Part shown: one piece after another, positions 1-13,000 of the stretch
How the letters are laid out: each line of letters begins with the position of its first letter
How positions within the stretch are numbered: the first letter of the stretch is position 1
Assembly: GCF_001949145.1 (NCBI RefSeq)
Contig: NW_019091405.1
Span: 434,001-496,000, forward strand
DNA: 62,000 nt
Reading direction: 5' to 3'
Source of the DNA: Acanthaster planci
Lineage: Eukaryota
Translations under genes and position numbers: made by a program
The notes under the pieces: generated by a model
Database searches by the model: none
Seen by the model: only the letters and a program-made list of their open reading frames with translations
What the model was told of the DNA's origin: nothing

Positions 1-1197
1 TCAAGGGGTTAATGTTATTTTCACCTTTGTTTAACACCTAGAAAGGCTATAAACATTGCCGTTTGATGTCTTCCTTCTCTGAATTTGATGGAGTGACAAA
101 AGTATTTGAAACTTCGTCATGCACATATAGACCTTTTTCACCCACGTGATTAAATGTAAACAACACTACCTTGTGTGGACCGCCTTGGCGGTGATTGCAT
201 ATTCTTATGGGCAGCTTCAACCATGTGCAAGCACACATGCGAAAGCTGCATGCTTGACTTGTTTATCTCGAATAAGTAGATTACCATCACAACACTATAC
301 ACTCATTACCATCACAACACATCGTAGGTCCAGCACGATTGTGACATCATAGGAAAAAGGTCTATATTCATTCTACCAGTGACATTACATGTGTTCAGAC
401 AAGAGGAGGGAAGCATTGGAGAGTCTATCGCTGTGCACGTGTTGAGCCCCAACTATGGCATCTGTCCCAACTATAGATGGCGCAGTTTCAAGGATGGTGC
501 TGCAGTTGGACTAGTCCATTTATGGTAGGGTGCAAGTGTGCACCATAGCAAGGATCAATGCTTTTGCATTTGTGCCAGCATTACTTGCTGGCAAAATTCT
601 AGTTTTTGTCTGTGTTGTGGATGAAATGCCAGGTCAGCATATTTTTTTATTACTTATGTCAGGGGCCAGCCCAAAAAAACTGTAGAAGGCTGAGAAATTT
701 TCCATGGAAACTTGCTGACTATAGTTGGGACAGATGCTGTAGTTGGGTTACAGCATACAGCATATCCTCTGTCTGGGTTTTTTGGCAAGACAGATACATG
801 TAGGTTCACCTCAACCCTCCATGCCTCAACTGTGAAGAGATTACAGGAGTGGGAGGCTCTTGTTATGCCCGAGCTATTGTTGGGAGATTAGCAAAAGGGC
901 TTAATAACATATTGCAGCAGGTATTTAGAAAATGGGTCAATGTTAGTAAAATTCAATGGATGCTTAGTACTCCAGGTTATTACTTTCAGTGGGAAAACTT
1001 CCCAAAACTTACGGTCCATTTACTCTGATGAGTGGTAATGCATTTATGTGCGTGAAACATACTAAAAGCAGTGGTCTCTTGTGGGAACTGTTACTCTGAG
1101 AACAGAGAAACTGCACAGAATATTGATAAGCTGCTCATACCTGATGATCAGGTATAATGTTATAGACTTGCTGCCATAGACTTGCAGACATGGCTCT

Positions 1198-1475
1198 AAT
1201 AGACCGATTGCACCTGCTAAGTCACATGACCTATAGTGGGTATCAAATATCAACAAACATGGTGTCCTCCCATAGCAAAGTGTCTTTTTAAGTGTTGTTT
1301 ACCAAATATAAAGCTGATTTTCGGTAAAGCACTCAGCACATCCGTAGTCCGAGTACTTTACCGACCTTTGGCTTGAATTTACACACTTTACACTTTGCTA
1401 TGGGAGGACGCCATGTTTGCTGATGTTTGATACCCACTCTAGGTCACATGACTTAGTGGGTGCCATTGGACTATT
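1198..1475. mobile_element. Palindromic MITE-like element (about 280 bp)
   Basis: Imperfect terminal inverted repeats of about 85 bp (aatagaccgattgcacc...cccatagcaaagtg / cactttgctatggg...ggtgccattggactatt) plus an internal hairpin tcggtaaagcactc...gagtactttaccga. Confidence 0.7.
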
Positions 1476-2523
1476 CAGGCCACATTCACACTCACCCGAC
1501 AAGATGACGTCACTGTCCATTGTTCATGTCCAGAGCACAGAAATATATCAGAGCAGCTGCAAAAACTTACAAAATGTTTCAGTGATCCAAGATGGTACAA
1601 GTAAGACACGCTGATCAGCATGCAACATGTAAATATCCCTGGTTATTGCAAGATTAGTGTTCAAACACAATGAACATGTATCAGTTTTTAAATCTGAGAC
1701 CTACTCAGAGTTGTGTTACATTTTAATTCTTTATGCTTTTATGGCAATGGACCTGCTCTATTAGTGCAGTAATTCTGGTAATTAAATGAGTTGTGGAGAC
1801 TGGAAATTCGTGGCATATACTTGTAATAAGCATTTATTTAAACTGTTCAAATTCAGTCTCTGGTTCTGGTTATATTTCTATGTGTTAAGATGTTTCAACT
1901 GTCATTGAATGTACAGAAATAAAATATGTTGTTTATTAAAATGCTACACGTATTTTAATATGCCTTTTTTGAAATGTTTGTCAAGACTGTGTGACCCAAC
2001 CAAAAAAGTCAGCCAGAAGTCAACTGAATTTAGTTTTAGTTAGACATTTTTTACAGTTGATAAATAAAAGCGTTTAAACGTTTTCACGCTGTTGAAACCG
2101 TCTAACATGATCAGGACACCTAACTAATTGATAAATCAAAATGGAAATCGGACTTGTTTCAGTTTCATGTAAAAAACAAAACAAAAAAGTGAAATTGTGG
2201 CCCTCTCATTTCACTATCCAAGTCATATGTTTCGGTTATAAAAAGTCAATGCTGTGAACACTGAAAACAAAAAAGTTACTCCAAATTAAATGTATTTAAA
2301 TGTAAACGAAGCACCGTTTTGGCTTAGAATGGACCTTCAGAATAAGTGCGATATCTACTGTGACGCTACGTGTTTGTAGCTACTGAGAACCTGTACTTCG
2401 TGGGTGGCGATAAAAAAAAATATTCTGCAATTCTGCAGGCACCTGGTGTAACTGGCGATTAACTAATAATAATACACGTGGGCTAATTATCATGCCGGGA
2501 ATACGGAGTGATGAGTCACATTC

Positions 2524-4298
2524 CTAGCTTGAAAGCCTGTGAAGGTCAGTATGCTCAGGAACCAGGTCTGAAACAAGTGTGCCGTTTGCCAATCCAACGC
2601 AGTCTGACTTGAGCCGATAGAGAAGAACAGACATCCTGCGGGTAAAATGCCAAATGAAAGATGACAAGTCTTTTTCCATCAAAGTGGTAGGGGCAGCGGC
2701 AAATGCTGCTTTCTGTAATATTGTATACAACCAAGTAATTGGGATACTTAAAAACAGTAGACTTTTCAATGACGAAACCTAGCACGTTCAAGTCGGAAAC
2801 ACAAGCCATCAAAAGGGCCAAGACAAGTATACCCGCATGTCAAAAATTGGGCCCATGCTTCCGGGAAAAATGGTTTATCGGGGGAGAAAAAAAAAACCTT
2901 GTCCATGCATGAATTACCTATGTTGTGCGTGAATGGATAATTTCCATTACTGCGCGACACACACTCAAGCCTGCTCTTGGCCATGCTCAGCAGTTTCAGG
3001 TTTAGTGAAATGCACAGCGTTCGTGCAAAAAGCGGAATAGGTGTTCTATCGCTGTTTGATGAGATTAGACGAGTTTGGTGGATGTCTGCGTTTTCGTTCA
3101 CATGGATTACCCCCATCGTTTCCATTATTTTAACGTCCGAAGAAGATAATGCGATGGTTTTACTTGAATAGTTTAAATATTATTATTGTGTGTTGAACGT
3201 ATACGTGTGCATTTTATGAAGCAAGATATGAGACGGAGAGAACCCCCCTACTTTGCTAATTGTTTCACTGGAATCTGAGGAATTCTTTTCAGACATCTGG
3301 GGTGTGTGTTTGATAACAATGGTCGAGAGTGTGTATAGTAATTGGACATGTTGGGGGTGTCTCATTTCTTGCTGGATATAATTTTATAGTATAGCTGCCA
3401 TTGTTGAGCTATTTGAACACATTTCTTCAAATAATCACAGTGGGAGGCCTACCTGTCTTGCGCAATGCCTAACTCCTTGCTGCTGAATTCAATCAAGAGC
3501 CGCGTAATCTGTCGATTCGTCTCTGTGTCGTTGAAAGCTGCACAGCAGTACAATTCAATGATGGCATTAGGCGAGTTGTCCCTTCCTCTGATGATGCGTT
3601 GTCCAGGCAACAGCCAAATAGTAAAATACTACAGGAGGTTGTGAAATTGAGATATATTGACCATTACATCCACACGAGATTAGTTTGGATTTCTTTAATA
3701 CTGGTACGCCAATCGAAAGTATTGCAATGTAATATGTCATATAACTTATCCGCATCCATATCCGTGCATTCTTTTGTGTAGAAAGCCAAAAATGATCACA
3801 GCGAAGTAAAACAGTCTACATGTACACTCTAGACGGTACGGTATCATTATGACCCATCATCAAACTTGAAGTATACATGTGTATTTCTGTTTTGGTAGAT
3901 GGGAGCCAGGAATTCTCACTGCACCCATCAAAGCCGTAAAACACGACCAGGCTGAAGTTTACAATGCACCGAATGATTGTGACAGTGTTTCAGTTACACG
4001 TTTTAATAAATTTTGAAGAAGAAACAATTTTGACAATGCCCCAAATTCATCAAGCTTCCTAATATGTTACGCCGACGTTTCATTTTGTAAGCAAAAATAA
4101 TGGATTTCCTGGAAAAAAACGACCTAAAAAGTAGGAGACCGGTTTCAGGTGTTTGAAACTACTTCAAGAATGCAGTTTAGCGTTTACCTGCTCTTTCCAC
4201 TGGGTGATGCATTCCTTCAGCTTGTTTGACAATTTCAGCTCCAGATCGCTAGCCATTTCCCCCTTCGGTATATTGGTGATAATTTTCAGCACCGGCAT
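2524..4298 (-). CDS. MIF / D-dopachrome tautomerase (DDT)-family protein, 3 exons, 132 aa
   Basis: Exons 4298-4188 (111 nt, MPVLKIITNIPKGEMASDLELKLSNKLKECITQWKEQ), 3628-3453 (176 nt, YFTIWLLPGQRIIRGRDNSPNAIIELYCCAAFNDTETNRQITRLLIEFSSKELGIAQDR), 2635-2524 (112 nt, MSVLLYRLKSDCVGLANGTLVSDLVPEHTDLHRLSS*). GT-AG introns in phases 0 and 2. The Met-Pro start, TN-x-P, and KELGxxQDR resemble DDT/MIF, as does the 3-exon layout. Confidence 0.85.
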
Positions 4299-6962
4299 GT
4301 TGTCAGACAAAGGCAAGCTACCTACAACGCGGTATAGTGAATTAATCACTAAGCTTCGAAGTACTCGAATACCAAGTCGCGCTGCGCTCCAGTGTTAATA
4401 AGCGCAGAACACAAAACGGAAAGCTACGCTACCACAATGCCACGTGTAATTGTTATTTCTAAGGGTACATCAGAGCTCTTCAAAGGTACTTAAAAGTTAC
4501 AAACGTTGACATTTTTGTGTAGCACGTATTTCATTATTGTTAACCTCCATTGTTTGGCGTAAAAGTAATTAGGATATGGTTAATGATATTGACTTAAGCC
4601 CAAGCGGGGAGATGTTTAAATCTACACTCTGTAGGTGAAGGCATGTACATGTATGTTATCCCTCGACTCCTTCGACATCCTGCACGTGGTTGTATAATAA
4701 TTAGTATTTTTCCCAGGGGTCGAACAAATAAAGTTTGGCTCAGAACGAGCATGCGATTGGGAAGTGAAACGGTAGTGTTTCGAAGCCAAGAGCTACTTGG
4801 GCCGGTAAAAGGAGTAATTACAAGTCACGCGTCTGTAATTTCAAATGTGAACACAGTGGTTGCAACCATGATCCCGAAATGCAGGTAATTTAAAATCGTT
4901 TCTGAGAGAGTAATCTCTATTTCCAGACTTGTCAAGTTAAAATTTAATCCCGATATGGAGATATAATGGAGATTTTTGGAAATAGAGATGTCTTTGTTTA
5001 AACAGAGCTGCCTTTTTCGGTCCTGAGTTTGGAGTGGTCAAGCAAAGCATTGCGTTTTGCTTCTTGCAATTAACCTGCATAATCTGCCATTTATAATTGG
5101 ATCTTAATAAACATATCTTCATAAAAAAAATACTTGTATTTCTATTTAGGTGTCTTTTTTCTGGATTAATTAAATGCTACATTTTGCACGCCCTATATCG
5201 TGCCTCGAGCGTAGGCCCTAGCCGGTTTTATTGAACTGTCGTGGCCGATCCGCCACCCCCTGCGCAAGTTGTCTCCGACTCCAGCGTCAGAGATAATTAC
5301 ACGCTGGGGTTGATGTGGCCTCCTGACTTGAACGTGTACCGAGGACACCCGCAGATTTTACCCACTGAGTCAAACTGGGTGCGTTCACAGTGCATGTGTG
5401 TAAAATAGTAAGATTATGTACCGGTATGGGTGATCGGGTATCGCAAATGGCGGGATGTAGGCTTGGTGTACACGTGGACCTCTGCACAAAGCAAGCCAAC
5501 GTAATAGGGTGCGATGGCGTTGTGTGGACTCACAGATGTCCACACAATTTTCCTCTCTGAAAAACAGTTTCAGAGGCATTTGGGGGCGGGCCAGGGTTAT
5601 CTTTGGCAAAATGAAGGGGAACAGTCCAGAAACTCATCGCCAAAAATCCAGCTCGAAGAGTTATCCAAGTGGGAGAAGAAGGAGCATTTTTCCCAAGTTA
5701 CTTTAACCACAGGAGAACAAAGGAATGTCCACACTTTGTATGTGAAACAAGTATGTGGGGATTCAGGAATTTGGGGACAAAGAAAGGCAAATCAATTGAG
5801 GAAAGGGGGTGGGAAATCATCTCCAATATGCTCGCCCAAATACCCACTGGTGTAACAAGAGGGACGTACGAGACCAGGAACGTTTCCCCAGCGAAAATCT
5901 GTGCCCCCGGTCCCCTCGCCATTTGAAAATTTGAAACTTATCCAGCCAATGTAAAATGGCATTTCAGTTCCCCCAATATTTTGTACTCTCAGAAATTTCC
6001 CTTTAGCAACGTAAATACGTCACTGAAAATACCTCCGAATGGACCCCCTCCACCGTTGATTGTTTGCCAGTTTGCTTCGAAAAGCTGAAAGGGAGCAAAG
6101 CAAGATGAACTCCCCTCCCCCTGGTGGCGACGCCCACGGTGAACGTATTGTCGATAAACCCACAGTAGGTGGCGTAGGCCTGCTTCTATTTCTCGTCTCT
6201 CTAATGCCTTGGAAGAGCAACATTTTAACCTCAAATGTCACAAGAAGTGATTTTTTTCAATCCCTAAACAGTCCCATTCATGAAAATCTTGAGTTTATGT
6301 ATCTGCAAGAATGTTCAAATGAAATTCTCTTCTGGCCTGAGTTTCTTCCCCCCCCCAAAAAAAAAAGTTATGTGCGATAGGCCTACTCTACTATTAAAAC
6401 GCGCCCATGGCCAAAAGTAATTTACCTACAGATAGTCGGGCATGTGAGTGTGTAAGTAATGTGAGTAATATTTATTTATTAGCGCTTTATAATATCATCT
6501 CTAAAGAACTTTTTAATGTTAATGTGCGATTTTCTCATATTTGTTCAAGTGCGCTACGTTAACACTCAGTTTCCGGACATTACCCTTCACCTCCTGAATT
6601 TCGGGCTAAATTTCATAACACTGATATTGTTCACATAGGTTTGACAACAAGAAATATGAAGGTCATAGTTCAAATATTTAACTGAACGTTAGTCTTTCAA
6701 TGGAGAAGTTTGGCAACAGTCGCAACACTAAGCACAGGAAGTCGAAGGAACGTCTGGATTTTTTTTTCTGATCGAGGAACACTACATCAAGAAAACTTCG
6801 ACTTCTGACTCCCCACCAAAGTCCCTAGAGGGCGCCGTTGAATTTTTAAAGAGTCTGGACCCATCCCAATTTTGTGACAGTGAGCGTACCCTGTCTGAAC
6901 GGGTTAGCACGTGTCATTGTAAAAGGAGCTAGACAGAAAGTATCTCTGCACGTTTTTCGTGA

Positions 6963-6977
6963 TTTCGAGAACTTTCT
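6963..6977 (+). promoter_or_regulatory. Heat-shock element (HSF site) upstream of AHSA1
   Basis: tTTCgaGAActTTCt is three alternating nGAAn units, about 110 bp upstream of the ATG of an Hsp90 co-chaperone gene. Confidence 0.7.
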
Positions 6978-7088
6978 TGTGGCCGATTTCGTGTATTCCT
7001 TATCATATTGTCATTTTTGCTCGTTATTTCAAACCCTCCGCTTTGTGAATTGAAAATCGAATTCTTTGAATTTTTTGAGACGTTAACG

Positions 7089-10000
7089 ATGGCGAAATGG
7101 GGACAAGGAGATCCTCGATGGATTGTTGAAGAGAGATCAGATGCTACAAATGTCAACAACTGGCATTGGTGAGTCACTAGACCTAGCTCAAGTTGTCCGA
7201 GTAACTTGGACCGTAAAAATCGTCTTTTTTTACATTTAGACATCGTTGGGCGATAGTAATTAGTAGGGTCTAAGTACCTTCCATAGGCTTTTGCTTCCAT
7301 TAATTCATTTCACTCAAAATACTTAAATAGCAGCGTTCATTACCATTACTTTTAGCACCCTAATAAGGAAATATACTACTGTAAGTTTGCAGTGATGTTC
7401 TCACTCTTTTCCTACCTCCATGCTCATATCAAAATAAAGAAGTGGAAGGGCTTTGGTTTTGTAGGGATATTATGGGGTAAAACGGCAGCATAAATGATGC
7501 TACGAAGAGCTGTGATAGTGTAGTCTGGTTTCTTGACCTGGGACCATAAAAATTTCTTTCATGAAATTGTATTACCGGCAATGGCTGGGTCGGGTAATGA
7601 CGTGAATCAAAATGGCGTGATGTGGTCGTCTTTTGCCGAACTCGAGTAAAAATTTCTGGTTTTCTTGCTGAAATATTGTCAAATTTACCTAAACAAGAGC
7701 TACTAGGATTAAGGAACAGATCCTCAAGGTCTGAATGTCAGTGTGTTTGTTTTCCTTATTATGGGAACAAGGTGCTAGTAGTGGTAATAAACCCTTTAAA
7801 TAGCTCTTACCCCGAAACAAACATGTCGAAATCCTCCGAAGTTACCTCTAAAACGATCCTTAACTGTCGTAATGCACCCAGCTATGAACCGAGTGAGAAT
7901 CAGAGATTCCAATAATGATCGTAAGATAAGGTTTACTCACATTTGGGAAGAAAAGAGAAATTTCCCCTTAAAATCGAAAACGCTGTTGTCATTGAGCTCG
8001 AAGTCACCATCTTGTACAAAAAACGATTTGAACTGTATGTTAATAGTGATTTAAACTGTATGTTAATGTCCTGGAGACGACGTCACAACGTGCTGGCCCA
8101 GCGGACCATTCACTGAAAGCACTCAGGAATGAGTCATTGGCGCACATGTGCCGACATGGTATGCTTTTTGTGAATGGTCCGCTAGGCTGGCGCGCTGTGA
8201 CGTCTTCTCCAGGACATTAACATACAGTTTAAATCACTATTTGAACATGATTTGGACAACAGGGCGACATCGAGCTGACGACAAGACCGTTTCCGATTTG
8301 AAGGGGAAATTTCTCTTTTCTTTCCAAATGCGTGTAATCTTACCCTCATTATTGGATTCTGTGATTCTCACTCGGTCCATAGACGGGGACATTAAGAAAG
8401 TTTTGGAGGTTAATTCAGAGGATTTTGATTCGGGGTAGGGACTAGTTTGAATGAAATGAATTAATGGAAGCAAAAGCCTATGGAAGGTACTTGGTCCAAA
8501 TGTTGAAAAAGGTGATTTTTAGGGTACAGTGACATTGGTGACTAGTGAGTCACCAATGCGTTAAGGCCTAGGCCTCTAGAGTGGACGAAATTTTGAACTG
8601 ATCATGCTGGCTTAGTCAGCCAAGATAAAAAGAAACAAAAGTGGAGTCAGTACAAGATAGATTTTATTGGACTAGTTTAAGAGTTTTGTTTAGTCTAAGT
8701 CTCATATGTTTAGGAGATCAGGAGATGGGGATAATTCTTAACTTTTTAAAATAGGCCTAAACCTTTTCGACAGTCACAATGCATTATGGGTTTGGATGAC
8801 AAACAAGCCATGCATTTTATTTATGAGCCTAGGGGGGGGGAGTGAACCAGTCAGAAATCAAGTTTACAGTTTTCTTCAGAATATTTCTAAAGTATCTGCA
8901 CATTGCTCATCACCTCACAGATGCATGCGTAGTAGGCTTATACTAGGAAGATTTCAAAGTGACAATTTCTCAGATTTTTGTTGGAAGAAAATCACCCTTG
9001 ATTGTCTTTTTTTTTAAGGGCACCAGTCATTCTATGCAGAGATCAACGTGATTGGTCAATGTGAGATGAATGAGCCTATTGATTGACCAATAGGCTAGGG
9101 CATTAATACTTGTATTCACGATCTTAGTCAGAGCACGGTCCATGACAAAAACTTGTGTTGTTGGACGGGATTCCCGCAGTTTTTCTTTTCTGCCATGCTT
9201 TAAACTTTGAGGTTTGTGAATATCTTCATCCCGAATATTTAATGGAACACTGTGAGAAGAGGATGGCTTGAATTGGAATATGTAGTAAATTGGAGGCACA
9301 TTAACATACACTTCTCTCATGGGGCTGTGCATAAAATGGATTGCTTGTTTGTCATCCAAAGCTATAATGCATTGCGAACATCGAAAAGGTTTATTGAACG
9401 TTACCTAGCCTATTCAAATTTTTGTGTTTTTGTAGTGAGGTAGACTATACACAGGTAAAGTGGAGTTCCCTAACGTTACGGTGGTGCACTTCAACGTTGC
9501 CCTCGAATTTCTTTGTGCAGTGTTGCTAAACTTCTTGATCATGTTGGTTGAAAAACTTCAAACCAATTACTTGGAAATTACCTTTATAATGCATGCTAGG
9601 CCCACTACATGCTGTTAAACCTTTGTGAAGCATTTCTGTGTCGTGAAATTTACTCAAAAATTCCAAAATGTAGGCAGCTGGAAATTGGGCACAAGTTCAG
9701 CTGGGTGTGACACACTTGAATGAATCTGACTTCACATTGACAGTTCAGAAATTTCAGAATTTCCTCATTGTTGATAAATTCCTGTAAATCATTATCGAAT
9801 TAGGCCCACAGTTCATAAGATTTGTTTCCTCCATTTTCAGGTGTATTTTAAATGTGTTTACTTTGCGCATCGAAAATCAGGCCAAATTAAATTGTGAGAG
9901 CTCGACACAATTTCATTTAGGCCTATTGTGAAATTGGAGAAGAAAATATTCCTCTGGTCCCTAGGTTGAATTGTCCGCCTGCTCACTTGAAATATCATCC

Positions 10001-13000
10001 TGATGCCATGCAGTGTGAAACTCAGGATTTGAAATGTATTTGGTGATTGTAACCTCATTTTTGTTTTGATTGTGCTTGTTTTTTTTGTTCAGGACGGAGC
10101 GGGAAGCATCCCATGCCTCCAAAGAGTGCTTGAAAGAAGTTTTGGTTGGTCTGAAAATCCAAGATGATAAAGGTTGGTTAGTGTCTCAAGTGGAAGTCAA
10201 ATAAGACAATGATTTAGAGTTGATATGTAAAAAATGACCCATCTGTGTTGGTTGTTATTGTATATTAAATTTTAACTTTCTCATAAAGCAAAACTCTGTC
10301 CCCTGTTTACAGACTTAATTTCATTAAACTTGATTTCTGTATGGTATTGCTGCCATTTATTTGGATGCCCTGTGTACATGGAAATGTTTTCAAAACTTCT
10401 GAAACTTTCATTCACCAATGGGAAAGGGAGCCAGAATGTGACAACTGCTAATCATTGAAGAATAATTCGGCATAGATAGATCGAAAGGAAGTCAAACCTT
10501 AGCTCCCTGTAATATTTCATGCTCTCACGAAGTGATTGGAAAAGGAAATGTGAAGTATTGTGGTGTAAATTTCATATGAGGAGTTGTTTCTACACTTAAG
10601 TACATTTTACTTATTTCCTGAGTGATCATCGGAAACAGTTCTTGGACACGCAGACCACAAAGTTATTGACAGTACTGTAGAAGACGATATTGACAATGTG
10701 ATCTGTATTTCAAGACAAATCTTTGTTTTCCTGTTGAGCCAGTTTGCCAGTGAAATGTTGCTAGTCAACAATCCCAAGTGTGAATATGTCTCTTGACATG
10801 ACTGTGTTCACTTGCTACCTTGTACAGTGGTAAAAAAGGGAACCTCTTTGAGCTGTTGTTCTTGTCTGTACCTCCAGGAGAATGCGAGATTACAGAGATG
10901 ACAAGCATCGAGGGAGAAGCCTCTGCCAGCAATAGGAAAGCCAAACTAATCTTCTTCTATGAGTGGAACATCAAATTGGAGTGGAAAGGTGTGCCAGTAC
11001 CCTGTTGGGGTCAACCCTCATGTGTCCAGAGTTTGAAGTTAGCAGAGATCTGACTTTCTCATTTGTTGTGAATGCTTTCATCGTAACTGAGTTTGTATTA
11101 ATGGGATTCATTAATGCGGAGTCAGTTGAATGACGGAATATTTCAGTATTGGACCTTCCATTGTGTTGAATATTCAAATACAAAATACATGTTTATGTGT
11201 TTTTGCCAAAAGTGAAGAAATGAAAAACTGAAAGAAAAGTAAGTTGGCCTTATGGGGCTGCAGTTGACTTGTAATTTCTTGAGATATGCTTTATGTACAT
11301 GTATGCAATTTTGAAACCAAATTATTGAATTTTTCCCTTTCTTATTCCATTTATTTTCCCCTTCAAATGTTTGATTTCAAAAATAAATATTTGAATATTC
11401 AGTAACTGAATGTTCAAATATTCAAATAATAGTGCAGCCTTAGAATTCAACTATATTAATAGCTGCAAAAAGTTTTCTGGACCTGTAACAAATTCAGTCT
11501 CAGATTGCCAGAAACAGAGCTGTTCTGAAAATTTCGTTGTCAAATTTCACGTGGCAGTTCCCAACCTGACTATTTCAACACTGTTGACCTCATACCGATT
11601 GAAAATTAGTCGAGACGTATGTTGAAGTTACATAGATCTTTCCAATGAAGTATTTTGCTGTGTTTTGGGATGTCAAAGCAGAAGTCATTGACAGATGATT
11701 TTCTTATCAGAATTTTGTCACTTATGTCGCCTGAGCAGGTAATCTGAAGGACTGCAGTACAAAGCTGACTGGGCATGTACAAATCCCCAATCTTAGCGAT
11801 GAGAATGAGGTAGATGAGATAGATGTGAGTACTAGGCTTGTTCTGCTCTCAATAAAGTGGTTTCCCCAAGCTAGGAAGTTTCCCTCCTGGTCCGGAGTTC
11901 TTCTGACAGTGGACATTAGAGACTTTGTTGACTTCATTCTGATTTACCTGGAACATGTAACTTTGCCTGGTGACAGAAAAAAATACAGACCTGACATTTT
12001 ACTGAACTGCAGCCCTGAAATGAAATGTTTGTCCCAGGTTCATTAATCTCACCTCTGACATTTATTCTCTGTGACTTTGGGGCAATTTTTGCAATGGGAA
12101 TTATGAATTTCACGTTTTCACGAGAGGGCCCAAGTGGTCGTCTTATTTCGGGCTAAATGTTGGTAGGATTCCTCAATCCTAAAATCCCCTGAGCATGAGC
12201 TGTCTTTTAAGATATATTTGTATTGAGAATTTGGCCTGTTCTCTCGTCTTTTACAATGACGAAAGTTTCTGTATCTTTGTAGTCAACTGTATCCCTCGTG
12301 TTTGTTATGAACAGGTTATCGTTACAACAAAAAAAGAGACTGAGGAATCCAGAATATTGAAGGAGATGATGCGCACAAAAGGGACTCCCCTCATCCGAGA
12401 ACAGATTGGAAAATACATTACCTTTCTTAAAAATGGTATGTCCAGAGCAGAGCAGATGATCAGATATGGCTTGCTGGAATTAACTGAAAATTCCTCAATT
12501 GGAGACATCTCAAGAAATGTGGTACCGGAAGAAATGTAAGCTTTCCTGTCTACTGGGCTTACTGTGCTGTCTGAAGAAACCATCCTTTTTCAGCTGTGGT
12601 CATAATGAAGGTCGTGTGCCTTGAGCTAGAAAGAGCTTTTTGTAACCGAGCATGGACTTCCCTTTGCACCGAACACAAGATGAGACTTTGAGACGCTGGT
12701 GGCAGCAGCCGCGCCGTCCTTTGCTACAGCCTTACACATGCTCAGAACCGTGTACGCTCACACAGAGCGACCCACGCATGTTCAGAACTGGCAAGAGGAC
12801 CGGTATGGCTGCTGTCACCAGTTGGCCTGTTTGCCGACTTTTTCACTTTGCTGGTTTGGGGTGGCATTTCTCATTTGTGTAATGCATACATAGCAGAGGA
12901 GGCAGGTAGACTGTTTCCAGTCTCTCCTTCTGTTAACTTTGACTCATGATGGAGCTGGGAGCCAGGCCCAGCAATCTTGTGTTCGCAGGTGAGGGGTTAG

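Noticed and set aside
5385..5609. ORF starting MPKITL as a second MIF-like exon 1
   Set aside because: No TN-x-P motif, no donor at the expected position and no matching exons 2-3.
6110..6840. CTCF-like motifs between the MIF-like gene and AHSA1 (about 6118 and 6823)
   Set aside because: Plausible, but degenerate matches also occur elsewhere and cannot be validated from sequence alone.
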